NCBI RefSeq assembly: GCF_009914755.1
Contig: NC_060939.1
DNA: 64,000 nt
Reading direction: 5' to 3' (one strand)
Source of the DNA: the human T2T-CHM13v2.0 reference genome, Homo sapiens
Shown here piece by piece: positions 1 through 12,849 of this stretch; position 1 is the stretch's first letter, and every line of letters begins with the position of its first letter. Below the pieces are notes generated by a model that was not told the origin of the DNA, searched no databases, and saw nothing but the letters and a program-made list of their open reading frames with translations. The position numbers and the translations under genes are program-made.

Positions 1-300
1 AGGGAAATCAACATGCAGATGTCACTTGTGTCCTGGGGACTCCTCAACGTGTGCTACCCATCAGGTCAAGCACTTCAGGGTCAGGGAGGTGACAACATGG
101 TGGCCCTGGATTTGTGACAGGACCCCAGACTGTGGCTGAGGGCCCAAAGCACAGCCTCAGTGGGCAGGAGAGTTTTATTTAAATCATTTCTTCACAGTAC
201 TGCAGGAACAATTCAATTTAAAATCGTTCAGCATCCCAGATGACTAGGAGAAGAAAAAACCCATTAGCTGCTCTTTGAAATTAGCAGTAAATGTCCCACA

Positions 301-301
<1 letters not shown>

Positions 302-351
<50 letters not shown>
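302..351. repeat. (TG)25 microsatellite
   Basis: Perfect TG run read directly. Confidence 0.98.
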
Positions 352-352
<1 letters not shown>

Positions 353-3300
353 TGTGTGTTTGGTAGATGAAAACAAAACAATCTTTCTGCAAACTGAGCA
401 GATTATCAGAAAATTTCTCATAAACTATTCTGAAAATACTGCTCTTGGAAGCCTCACAAAGTGATTATTTAGGTAATAGGACAGGGGTCTGGACTGGTCC
501 CCTGTAGAGCTGGAATTTCCTTTCACAATCAGGCCTGTCCTATCCAGAGGGTTATTTTCGAGGCAGTGAGGAAATACTTCTGAGAGGACGGCCTGTCCGA
601 GCTTTCACTCAGATCAAGCAGACCTCTGGAGAGAAAGCTCCAGGCTCGGGTCGGCCTGGACGGCAGGCTTCTTCCCACGTTCACACTGGGTTCTCAGCCT
701 GTGGACTGGCCTGCCGACAGCTCATGGCTGAAGTCAGAGCAGAGCGAGTGCTCCAGGCTGAGGACACCTGTGAAGGTCACAAAGACAACAGTGTGGCGTG
801 TCCAAGGAGCGTGCGAGGCCTCCTTCACTCGAACTTGAGCTACTCTTGCTTTGAAATCTTCACTTCAGTCTCTACTTTCTCTAGTCCCTGCCTCTCCGGA
901 TGTACTTCTGTTCCACTAAATGTGTGTGTTAGCCCGAGCAGGCCAGAGAGTATTTTAGATGACTCCCCTCCACTGGCTGGTGGGATCTGGAATTATTCTG
1001 CTGTCTGGACTCCGTTTTCTTATGTCAACTTCCCCTACTCTGGATTGGCCCAGTGTACACAGCAGCTGAGCTGTTCCTTCCATGAGCCCTAGCCCATTTC
1101 CCTAGGACCCTGGCATTAGGCCTTGTCTTGGGCAGCCCTCTCCTGCAGAGGACTAAACCCCGAGTCCTGTTTCTGTAGCAACAGCGTAGGGTCCTGATCA
1201 CCCAGAAAAGGCCACCCAGCACATGGCATCAAATGTCACTACCACCAGGAAATTCCTATGGGCATACACTGCCCTCAGATCAGACCCTCTGATACCTGTG
1301 CAGTCTGAATCAAGCCCAAGTATGCCATGTACCTTTGGACACCATGATTTGAACTCCAGCACCCCCTCAAAGCCAGCCTACATCTGGGGCGGTCCCCCTG
1401 GCTTTGGTCCATACTTCCTGGCCTGGTCCATCAGGTCCCCACAACCTGGTCCATGATCATCTCTCCTGCTTCATTGCTTACTGCTCCCCACATCCTCCAT
1501 ACCCCAGAAACACAGAACAACTACAGTTTTCCAAGCATGCCACACTGTTTTCTTCTTGTCTTTCTTCCCACCCTCCCCCTGCAAGTTGAAAATGGCACAA
1601 GGGTGAGGCCAATGACGTCTGTGTTCTGGAAATCTATCCTCTAAGCTGCCAAAAGAAATACATGGAAGAAGAGCTCTCACTTCAAGGCTCCTAAATTTTC
1701 ATGAGTGCTATTTTATTGCACAAAACACTGCATTATGCCACGATAGAGATTGCCACAGACCTGGGTTGCATTACAGACCTAAGAAAACCAACACCCCGAA
1801 GTCAAAGAGCTATTGATTTTTATCAATGCTTCCAATCCTCTTTGAAGTTAGATTTCTTGACATTCCTGGGGTCCCTAAGAAGTAGGTTTTTGGTTTACGT
1901 CTAAGCGTTTGGCGTAGTCCTCCCATGAGCCTTTCTGCCAAGTGGCTTGAGCACAACACAGCCCCTGAGAGATCTCCAGCAATTCCTTCTGTAGAAACAA
2001 TGTCACAGCTTCCTCCTTATCACCCTGCCTATTGAACTGCCCCGGTTGGCTTATTCACCAAATCCATTCATGGCCCTGACAGCCCCAAGAATTTCTCCAC
2101 AATAACACACTTCGCAGTCCCCAGCCTCTCCTCTGTTCATCCGCCCACTGCCGTGCCGAAGGCATCAGCGGGTAACTTCAGACTTTATGCTCAAGAGAAG
2201 AAAAGCGCCAAGTTCAAGCGAGCATTATGATTGTTGCTGCTTCTACAGGAAAATGGTTCCCACGTGAGGGTCAGTTCATATTCAGCGTCTCAGTGGTATG
2301 TCTTCCTTCTATCAAAAGGCTGCTCCTCTGATCCCATGAAGAAAAGAACTGGAGAAGATGGAGTTGGATGTAAATGGAGAGAAAATTAATGAAGTCGTTT
2401 CTCTGAGGAGTACAAACCTTACTTCTTATTATTTCCCATCTACCACCCTATCCATTGACTTACACCCTGCATAAACTGCTGAGCCTTGTGTGAGCCACTT
2501 AAGCTTTCTCTTCCTGGGCTTCTTATCTATCAGATGAAGGTATGAATATTTGCTCCAACTACTTAACGAGGGCAGATGTCACAAGACAATATCATTGGAA
2601 CTGCGCTTGAAGACATTCATAAGCCGTTAGAAACAATGCTTCGCCAAAGCATCTTCACTATAAGCCTATGGATGCAATGTCATATTAATCATGTTTCTGT
2701 TCAAATGGAAATAATTCCATTTCAGTATAGCACACATTTATTGGACTGATCACTGGGGATGGAGACATGAGAAATTCGCGAAGTCTCTGCCTTTCCTGTG
2801 TTCTCTGTCTACTTACAAATAATTGCCATAGAGAGCTATGAGTGGCAGGGGAGCAGGCAGGAGAGTATGGTTAATCCTGCCAGGGAATTCAGGGCAGAAT
2901 TTACAGAGAAGGTGAGCTCTGAGCTGTCTCTTGAAGGTGGAAAAGATGAAAATTTTATTTAGGTTAAAATATTCACTAAGGAATTAAAGGCCACTGAAGG
3001 AATGTTTAAGATGGAAGGGAGCTGTGGGGTCATGGAAGAACTAGAAAATTGAGGTCAAGGTTTAAAACCACCAGTCTGTCATTACAACAATGATAGCTGA
3101 ATGCCAAGAAAATGGTTTCTTGAATTATCAGCTGAGGCAGCCAGCAGCCACCCTTTCCACCCGCTGCAGGGTGCTGTACTCACCTCGCCGTGACTGAGAG
3201 TAATACTGAATGTTTATACAGCACCGAGCACCCTTCAAAGGGCAGGCATTTGTATCATTTGCTCCTTAAGAGGCCATGCCCTCCATCAATATCAAAAGTA

Positions 3301-3733
3301 TTTGCAAAGGACATATATTTATCCCAGAACCAATCATCCCATTTGTGAAACAAATCCAAGTTTATTAGGACTGATGTTGCAAATAATTTTCTAATTATGT
3401 AAATGAATAAAATCTGTTTAATTAATCTCTAGGCTTTACTTGCATTATAAGAATAAAATCTGTCTTTATCTTATTATGGGCTTGCTATTTTCAACAACTA
3501 CCAAGAAGGGAACATTGAAAATTGTTAGATATGGCAGAACTAATTCATCTAACAAGGTCAATGTCCAGTGGCAATTCTAGAAATTCCATGGAATGTAACA
3601 AAACTCCCAACTCATGATATAAAATAGACTTATACGGAGGGGGAGTCCATTTCAATTCAACTAACTGTAGTCAGTATGCCCTGCTTTAGCATAAGCCTCC
3701 TGCCTGCCTGCACAACACTCTAGTTCTTTATTT

Positions 3734-3735
<2 letters not shown>

Positions 3736-3774
<39 letters not shown>

Positions 3775-3797
3775 TGTTGTGTGTGGAGAGAGAGAGA
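3736..3797. repeat. (TG)n microsatellite followed by short (GA)n
   Basis: TG run 3736-3773, then degenerate GT and GA units. Confidence 0.95.
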
Positions 3798-3849
3798 ACC
3801 AAATACTTCCCATGTTGTATATACACCTTGCTATTTAATATTCCTTTGC

Positions 3850-5760
3850 TGTTCATTCCTTCTTGTACCTCAGTCCTGTAATCATTTTTTTCTTTTAAGA
3901 GTACATTTTTAGCAATTCCTTGAATGACGGTCTGTTGGTAGTAAAAATCTGTATTTTTTAGTTTTGCTTTGTTTGCCTAATGTTTAAATTATTATTATTT
4001 TGCCCTCATTCACTCAGTTAATCATTTTAGGTTGAGAGTTACTTTCTTTCAAAGGCATTGGTGATATCATCATACTCTACCAGCTTGCAACATTACTGTT
4101 GAGAAGACTTCCTTGGTCTGACCATCCTATGTAGGCAATCTCTATTTTCACCTGGGCAGTTTCTAGGTTCCTTGGCCTGTAGTTTTGCTGTGATGCATTT
4201 TGGTGTAGATTTCTTTTATTTATCCTGCATGGAGTTTATTAGATATCCTGAATCAAAGGATCTGAGTCTTTCTTAGAAGTTGTTTATTCTCTATATCTTT
4301 TAGAGTTCTGCTTAGACCTCACCCTTGCCTCATTTGTCTTTTAACGTCTCTGTCATTTTCATGTCTTTTCCATTCTGTGCTGAATTTTGTGTATTTCTCT
4401 CAGTTTCAGTTCACTAATTTTCTCTTTGGCTGCGTCTATTCTGGTCTTGGGGGTCAAAGGAACTGGAAGATAGGGCCATTTAAGTTTTTATGCTTTTGTA
4501 TTGAGATACAACTCACATAATGTACAAGTACAAATCTTTAAAGGGACAGCCTGATGATACTACAGGTGTACACACTCATGTAGCCACCATCTGTATCAAG
4601 ATGTAGAACATCTCCAGCACCCCAGAGGCCCTCCCTCTAGCCACTTCTCAAACAGCACCCTACCACATGAGGTCACCTCTATTCTGACCACAATCAACCT
4701 AGATTAGCTTTGCTTGTTTTTGAACTTTCTATACATGGACTCATATAGTACATATGCTCTGTATCTGGCTTGTTTGGCTTCATATTTTGACTATGATGTT
4801 TATCCATGGTGTTGCATTAGCAATATTTTTCTCTTTTCATTGTGTTGTAACGTTCCATTATATGAATATATCACAATTTACTCCTTCTGCTATTGATGAA
4901 TTTTTGCTTTTTTTTAGTTTAGGGCTATTATTTCACTGAATTTTTTATTTCAATTACTTTTTTATTTCTAGACATTCTATTTAGTACTTCTTCAGGTATG
5001 ACAGGTCATTTTTGATAGCCTTTCACTCCTTATTCATATTTTTGCTTTCCTATTTTATTTCTTTAAATGTATTAAACATGTTAAACACTCAAGGTAATTA
5101 TTTGCTGTTACTGGCTGTCTCTGTTGACTCTCACTCATGATGCTTTATTTTCTTGTATGTTTTGCCATTTCTGAGCTCATGCTCACTGGAACTCAGCCTA
5201 TGAAAATTCTTTATGAATGAATCGAATCTGAGTTCCTTTAGAAATTTGTGTTCACTCCTGCTGAGTCTGCTTTAAATTTGAATTCTTCGCTTGTGGTTAT
5301 TTAGACCATGCAAACACTGTGAATTCAGGCCTTGAACCTATGTTAAAGCTGGTATATTGCCACATTCTCCACCCTTCAATAGCCAGTTTAAATCAGTCAA
5401 GGTTCTTTGCCATCTGACTCTTTGGCATATACATTTTTTTCCAGTTCACTCTTTCCCTGAGAATGTTGTCCTTCATCGGTCCCAGCTTTACCACAGGATT
5501 ACACCACTGGCTTCTCTCCCGAGTGAGGTCTTTTTATCTGCCTCCCTTACACATAGGCACAGCTACTGAAGCCAGAGCTCTTGATTAACCTGGAATTTAT
5601 TGGTACTCAGCAACTTTGACCATCACTTACCTCTCCGGACTCCTACTCCCCTTACATTCTCAACCATGGGGAGTTTCTCTTGCTTTCTGGTATGCTTAAC
5701 TTTTATTTTAAAATTATCATATATCAACATTTTGTTAAGTATATTTAGATAGTCTAGCTG
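3850..5760 (-). mobile_element. Old L1 (L1ME-like) fragments, including an L1M 3'-end piece at ~4480-4935
   Basis: T-rich antisense L1 texture; cacactcatgtagccaccatctgtatcaagatgtagaacatctccagcaccccag is typical of old L1M 3' ends. Confidence 0.65.
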
Positions 5761-7309
5761 TTTTGTCAAGCATATTTAGGTAGTTAAAAAACTAGTTCAC
5801 TGTCTCTCCAGACCTAGTAGTCCGCTCAAGCTTTCTAATCTTCAGTTTTCACCAAGTCAAACAGAATGTCCTTTAATGTTTATCTTTCAAAATACCCCTT
5901 AAACATCTCCTCTCTGTTCTCCTGCCTCCCCACTCTACAATGTATTCCTCTCTTCTGGGTACTTCTTGGTATCTTTATCAAAGTTGTTATTTCATCCCAC
6001 AGGCCTGCCTCTGTCACTGAATTCTACCAGATTTGAAGCTTCCACAGGTCAGGGCTGTGTATATGCCTGGCTCAGAACCAGCTACAGAACCTAGCCCAGA
6101 AGGAACTATACTAATGCTTATTGGAATGAACTCAGCTGATGGTTTAACAACAACAACAACATGTCCCTAGGGCACTGAATCCTGAAATCCTCAAACTCTC
6201 CTTAAAGGTATCTATGGAAACTGTAAGCAAACTGCATATGCAAAAGGGGCCTTTCCACGCAAGGTCTGTGGCATCAAAACTGCAATCAAAATCCAGAATT
6301 TGATGACACACAGCAGTAGCAGCAGTAAACACTGCTGAGCCTGGATGGATGCCATCATCTCATTCCCATGGAATCCGATCATTACATTTTTGTTTTCAGC
6401 CCCAAGTTTCAGGGTATGAAAGTATTATCATACTATTTCTTAAGATATTTACAAAGAGCTAAGGAATTTTTCCTGTTCTGGTGGATTTTATTATAATACC
6501 GACATTTATATTGAAATCACAGGAGGACAAGAAGTACTTTTGAAAAATTATTTTCACCAGACTCTTTATTGTGTTTCCCAGAATGGCCAGCATTGAGTAA
6601 TGGGTTGTATCGTTATGTGTGTGTGGCTGGATACCAGATACTAAGGTCCTCAAAAACCCTACAGCATTTTCTTTCTTCATGAAATAAAATGGGACATAAC
6701 ATACGGTTGAGCAAAAAATAAACTACAGAAACCATTAATATGGTAACTAAATTGAATGTAAGCCTGAAATTTATTACCCAAGTGAGTTTGTAGGGTGATA
6801 CCACCACAATCTTATTTCAAGGGTAAGCAAGATCAACTTAGGTGGTCCTTTAGAATGATAGTGATTGGAGAGGGTTGCAGATGACTTTATTGAGATATCT
6901 TAAGTGCTGCATAAATTCTAATGGATATATCAGCTTTTTCTTCAGGCCATGCCAGCCTGTGTGCACAAAAAATAATAATAATAAGGTAAAGATAATAGTA
7001 CAATCAGTCATTCCACAGCTCAGCCCTCACTAGCTACTAGAATGCTGTCTCTGGTGAGTCCTCCTTTAGATTGAAGGGCTGGACATGGAGGGTGGGAAGG
7101 GGACAACTTAAGAGTGTATGGTCCCTGATGTGTCATGCCACCTTCTGGTACCATCTGATACCACGGTCACACCAAGGAGGTGTCTAACTGCTCCCAAGTA
7201 AAAGCTGAGTACCCAGTGCAACTTAACAAAAGATGCTTTCCTCCAGCATCCTTCCAAACCTGTGACTATGCAGCCGCTCTGCAGAGCCACTGTGGCTAAC
7301 TTTTTAAAG

Positions 7310-7780
7310 CCTAGGTGGTAGATTATTCCTGCATTGCATCCAAGTTTTTCATGTGCCTGCATTACTCCCTTCAGCAGCCTCCTCCCACACTGACTCTCAG
7401 AGTGGTCATGTGACTTGCTTTGGCCATGGAGACAACAGCAGACTTTCAAAATGTGGAAACGTTAAAAGTACTTGCACACTGGGGTTTGTTCTCTCTCTTC
7501 TAGTTCTTGGAACTGTTCTCCCACCACAAGAATAAACCCAGATTAGCACCCTAGAAAAATGAAAGACCAAATGAATCATCCCCACTGAATATCCTATCAG
7601 ACCAACAAGCCCCAGCAGATCTGGCAGCTGACTTTATACATAACCCAGCCAGGATCAAAAGAAGAATCACAAAGCTGAGCCCAGCCTGGTCTGCCAATTT
7701 ACAGAATCATGAGCTAAATAAATGGTTGAGGGTTTAAGTCACGGGATATCAGGGTAGACTGTGAAAGCTAACTTATATAG
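7310..7780 (+). mobile_element. MaLR LTR, MLT1F/G/H-like
   Basis: ggtcatgtgacttgctttggcca, gctgagcccagcc and acagaatcatgagctaaataaatggttg...tttaagtcac are MLT1 hallmarks. Confidence 0.75.
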
Positions 7781-8059
7781 CCTTTTACAAAGATGTAAAA
7801 AAATAAAATACGTTCATGGAATGGCTGGTAAAAGAGTTAAGAGTATGCAAAAAGCAAAACCCTAGACCTTATACAAGAGACTACAGACCCTTCAAGAGGC
7901 ATAAGACCCAATAATTGGGTTATCATCTCGTTGGTGTAATTTCAAGAGGTTGTTATAAAGCCCATTTGTTCCAAATATCTCTCTCTCCAGTGAACCTCCT
8001 GTCTACATCAAAACTTGCTGAAATTCCCACGCAGTGTCCTGTAAAGGGGACAGGGCCAC

Positions 8060-8480
8060 ATAATAGTTAAGAGCTCTGGAATCAGACACTAAAATCAATA
8101 CTGTATTCCTCCTCAGTTTCATCCTTTGCAAATCAGGGAGATAATAGCAGCTGCTTCATAGAGCTGTTGTTGTAAAGAGTAATAATGCCTATGTAGTGTT
8201 TGGTGCCATGCCCGACACGTATCAGTGCTCAAAAAATAAGCTTGTCTTATTAGATTGAGAGTTAATCCAAATAATTAGCAACCATTTATTACTTATCATA
8301 GGATAGGTATTACCCTTAATGCCTCTATGTATACTACGCCATTGAATCCTCATAATATCATTGTGAAGTGGCTATTACGCTCCCATCTTAGAGATGAGGA
8401 AACTGAGGCACAGAGGGATTAAGTAGCTTGCCTGGTGTTGCACAACTGGGAGGTGGCAGACACTGACCCCAATCCTCATG
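8060..8480. mobile_element. Two MIR SINE fragments in opposite orientations
   Basis: cctcagtttcatcctttgcaaatcagggagataatag and cccatcttagagatgaggaaactgaggcacagagggattaagtagcttgcc match the MIR core. Confidence 0.8.
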
Positions 8481-8779
8481 CTGTCTCCCAGCGCATCTTC
8501 GCTTAATAGTTAAGAGCTAAGTTCTAGTCTGTGTGCACTAGGAATTAAAGTCTCACTCTTTGAGATAGCAATTATAAAACCTTTACGAAATGTGGCTCCA
8601 CACTGCGTTTTTATCATGTTAATAGGCTTTCAGTACTTTGTCTGTACTGGGCACTGCCTGGAATGTTTTCCCCACAATCCTCTCCCACCTCTTATTTAAA
8701 ATAATTCTTATCATTTTAGGTGTAGTTCTGAAACTACTTCCTGGTAAAATGTTCTTAGATTTTCCTAGAGGATAAAGGT

Positions 8780-8925
8780 GTGAGTCCTGGAGTCAGACTA
8801 TCTCTTCTGGAATCCCAGCTTCTACTACTGCCAGCTACTAATTGTGTGAACTTGGGCAAGACACAACCTCTCTACATCTTGGTTTCCTCATCTTTAAAAT
8901 GTAAGAAATGATGCCATTTCACAGA
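8780..8925 (+). mobile_element. MIR fragment
   Basis: tgtgtgaacttgggcaag...ggtttcctcatctttaaaatg. Confidence 0.75.
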
Positions 8926-9889
8926 TATGGATGGATAAATAGATGGATAGATAGACAGGCAGCTAGCCAAGCACAGTGATTGCCTTAATCCAACCATGAG
9001 TTCTTACTCTAGGCATTTAAGCTCCCTGATGGAAATTCGGTTTGTTCAGTCATAGTTCAAACTTTAATGGGTTGGACCACATCGATAATTTTCAATGACT
9101 GTTGCTCAGTGTTTTACAATGACTCTCTTTTTTCAAACAAATTCATACATGGATACTAAAACATGAAACAGATTACCTGCAGAGTGGCTGTGCTTGAAAA
9201 GGGCTGTGAAAGGCAGATCTTAGCTTCCTTCCCCTAAGACTTCTCGGGCACCTCTGAGAAACCTGGAGAACACTTAGAGCCCCCAGCTGGACCTGCCCTT
9301 TTGTACTTCAGACTTCTCCTTAGAGAGGAGCCAGATCCCTGACTTCCCATCCCCCAGGTGAATCTTACTCCCAAAACTAACCTGTAAAACATGAATAAAG
9401 ATATTTCTGAAGGGCAAAATAAGCTCCCAAGTCCCCAGAAAATTCTGCAGGGAAAAAGATGAGTAATGTTCAATCGACAGCCCTAACATAGAGTGATCCT
9501 GGTGACCTAACTGTGGCCTTATGAATTCAGCCCTCTTGAATTGTTCTCTCAAGACATGGAGATATTTGGCTCCTGTTAGCTACCCATGAGCCTAAAATCT
9601 TGCAGCTGCCAACTAGTCTTAGGTATCAGTAGGAACTGACAAAGATTTGTAGTAATGAGGATATAGGAGCTACTTGAAAATTTCAAAAAACTCAAATGTC
9701 AATGTTCAGTCTGAGACACCAAAATCCTTCGCAACTGATAGGAATTACATCAGTGGAAGAACTTAAGCTCATCGGAACTCTAATTGGCAGATGTATATGT
9801 CTCTGTTGAATAAACATATTATTGCTTCATAAAATCAAGTTATTTCAGACATAAAACCTCTTTAAACATAGCATCTGTTGAGAAATCAT

Positions 9890-10070
9890 AATAGAAAATG
9901 TTCATCAAGTGCTCGCTTTGTACCAGGTGATTTCTATTCATACCTCATCAAGCCCGTGAAGCAAGCATTAATTTCTTTGCAAATGAGGAAACCAAGTCAG
10001 GAAGGCTAAATTGATTTTGTACGGCCCCATAGCAAGCAAATAATGGCACAAGACTTAAAACTGCTGCCTC
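9890..10070 (-). mobile_element. MIR fragment
   Basis: ttgcaaatgaggaaaccaagtcaggaaggctaaattgattttg. Confidence 0.6.
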
Positions 10071-10199
10071 TTTCATTCTTAACGTTTCACACCTCACTCT
10101 GCACTGGAACACTTCTCTGCTGATGAAAAGACTGCTGTCTAATTCCCCAGCCTCTAAGAGTGACCACTGAATGAATTCTTTAATAACATTACTTCTTTC

Positions 10200-10372
10200 A
10201 GAGTATTTCTCACAATGCATAGAAATCACCGGGGCAGGTTTTAAAATGCAGATGGAGCCCTGAGATTCTGATTCAGTGGGGCCTGGAGTGAGGCCTGGGA
10301 ATGCCCATTTTAACTAGCACAAGAGATGATTCTGGTGCAAGTGGACTTCAGTCCCTACTTTGAAAACATTGC
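10200..10372. mobile_element. MER5A (hAT-Charlie MITE)
   Basis: gagattctgattcagtggggcctggagtgaggcctgggaatgcccattttaac...gatgattctggtgca matches MER5A. Confidence 0.8.
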
Positions 10373-11752
10373 CTCTAGGATGTAATCCATGTTCCCAATA
10401 AAGAATGTCTTCAGAGACTATGAGGCTTGACTTTTATTTTTCTGTCTGAAAAGTTTCCAAACAGTTAGAAGCTTCTACATCAAGAGTTGCTTCTTAGAGT
10501 TAATAGGGATAGAACATGGCTGATATAGAGGACAATCCTAAATTTGTTCCGGTCTCCCATCACCCCGGCCAGGAAGATGTCACGAATTCTCAAGGCTAGC
10601 TGTCCCAAGACAGTGCATGAATAGGAAGAGAAAGAAAGAGCACTCCTGTCTTTCCCCTTTGAAACATAAAAGGTAAAGACTGCAAGGAGAATGCTGATGG
10701 TGACAGATGTAAGGAGTTTATTATATATTGCAGAGATCCAGATTAGGAAAAGCGTTCTAAATCCAATTTTTCTACTTAAAGCAGAAAGCAAATAAGTCCA
10801 TCCTGGTGTGCCACCCGTTTCACAGAACTCACTGACAGTAAGTCTGTAGGTTGTTTGGGAACCTGGCCACAGTGCCAAGTGGATGGAGTTTTGAGGATGT
10901 AATCATGGAACTAATCTTTTGCACTTAAAAAGAATCTGATTAGGGTGAAGCCTGGTGGGACGATGTTTTGCTGAGTTTCAGGGTAAAGTGACCAGAGACT
11001 GCAGAATCTGAATGGGATGGGGAGGGTCCCAGCAGGCAGGATAGAAGTGACCTTGTCTTCGAAGTGCTAACAGATGACACCTGCACCATTCCTTTTCTAT
11101 TTTCTCTCTGAATTTCACATTAAATTGAGTGTCAGATGGCAAGGTGCTGTCAAGATTAACCGGAGCCCTCAAACAAATGCCTTTTACAAGCTCTCACTCC
11201 CTAGATGATCAAACTAATCAATTTATCTGCCTGGCTGATAACTTCTGTTTCTCCAAATTTAAAAATAAAGTCAGAAGAATTCCGGGAAGATGGCTAAGCA
11301 GTAAAAGTACAAGGAAATCTTTTTCCCAGAGATTCCTTATAGTACCTGTTAAGCCTTATAAAAGAAGACTTTTGTGTAGCCACAACGAGAAGCAAGAAAC
11401 AACCATATGCAGATGCTGGTGGGAATTTATAAAGTGGTGGGTCACGGATTAAAAATCAGTGACTGTCAAGCTAACTTCTTGGAGTCCCACGTATCTTTCT
11501 CCAACTCCAATGAGCATTTGGGTCACTATACCGAAGCATGTGTACTTTCTATGCAGGAAGTTCAAATATCCTTTGAATCTACATTTTCTTAAACCAAAAG
11601 ACCTCTCAGTCTCACTGGAAGCTTCCTTCTGCTTCTGTGGACCCAGGATCTTAGAAGGCCATTGGCTTCTGGCTGACATCTCCCTTCCAACTGAAATAAG
11701 AATTACTCCTGCAATGGGGACTTTCTCCTCAATCTCAATGCTGTGAGTTGCC

Positions 11753-11962
11753 TAGAGCTCTGTTCTCCAATATGGTAGCTACTAGCTACATGCGGCTATT
11801 CAAATTCAAATTAATTTAAATTAAATCTAAAATTCAGATCCTCCATCACACTAGCCACATATTAAGGGCTTAATAGCCACATGTGGCTACTCTATTGGAC
11901 AGAGCAAATATAATATTGTGATGATATAGTATCATTTCAGTAAGTTTTCTTGGACAGTGCTG
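11753..11962. mobile_element. MER3 (hAT-Charlie MITE)
   Basis: tccaatatggtagctactagctacatgcggctatt...tagccacatgtggctac...ttggacagtgctg. Confidence 0.85.
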
Positions 11963-12188
11963 ACATGGAGGTTTGGAAGTACCTGGAGCTGAGCATACAA
12001 TTCTTTCTACAAGACAGGAATTGCTCTGTTTGACCTGAGAAAAGGAATGCACAGTGCTTGGGCAGAACATGAAGTGGCTGATGGCGAACCTCATTTCCTG
12101 ACTCCTTGCCACTACGGGGCCAACACTTCTCCTTGCTTGAGAATGAACCAATAGGAAAAGAAGAAAATGAAGTCTATGAAAATAGTCA

Positions 12189-12506
12189 GGCTGGGTATGA
12201 TGGCTCACATCTGTAATCTCAGCACTTCAGGAAGCCAAGGCGAGAGTATCACTTGAGCCCAGAAGTTTGAGACCAGCCTGGGCAACATAGAGAGACCCCA
12301 TCTATACAAAAATATTTAAAAATTAGCTGGGCATGGTGGCATGTGCTGGTAGTCCCAGCTACTTAGGAGGCTGAGGTGGGAGGATCGCTTGCATCTGGGA
12401 GGTTGAAGCTGCAGTGGGAACTGTGCTTTTGCCACTGCACTCCAGCCTGGGTAACAGAGTAAGACCCTGAGGAAAGGAAAGGAAAGGGAAAGGGAAAGGA
12501 AAAGGA
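12189..12506 (+). mobile_element. AluJ with (GGAAA)n-converted tail
   Basis: Full dimer with J diagnostics (cttgagcccag, gggaggatcgcttg, gctgcagtg, agaccctg); tail 12471-12506 is GGAAA/GGGAAA. Confidence 0.92.
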
Positions 12507-12849
12507 CCCAGTGAAAGACAGTAAGAACGAATTCTTGCAGCATCAGAATAGAATTCTTTCTTTGAAATTGATTTACTCCAAAACAATACCAATGTTAGGA
12601 AATAACTGCTTCCTGTTCTCAATAGGATAACATTGGAGATGACTCTAGTTGAATCAAAAAAGACTGCTCAAAAAAAAAAAAAAAAAGACTGCTCCAAAAT
12701 AAAATTGAAGTAGCCAAATAGCAACTGTCTTTTGATGAATGACGAAGAGAATAAGCTTAAGAAACACTCCTACAATTACAAGAATTCCTGTAATTCTTGA
12801 TGAAATCTGTAGCAGCTTTCAGTCCTGATTGATCTATAAAAATGAGACT

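Noticed and set aside
724-1092. 122-aa ORF in a mildly GC-rich region
   Set aside because: No recognisable domain, Ser/Cys-rich random composition, no promoter or exon context.
1608-1621. CCAAT adjacent to CRE-like TGACGTC
   Set aside because: Isolated motif pair with no CpG island or other promoter evidence.
2249-2295. Possible 47-nt plus-strand exon (ttctacag|G...GTG|gtatgt)
   Set aside because: Splice-like motifs alone are common; no supporting partner exons.
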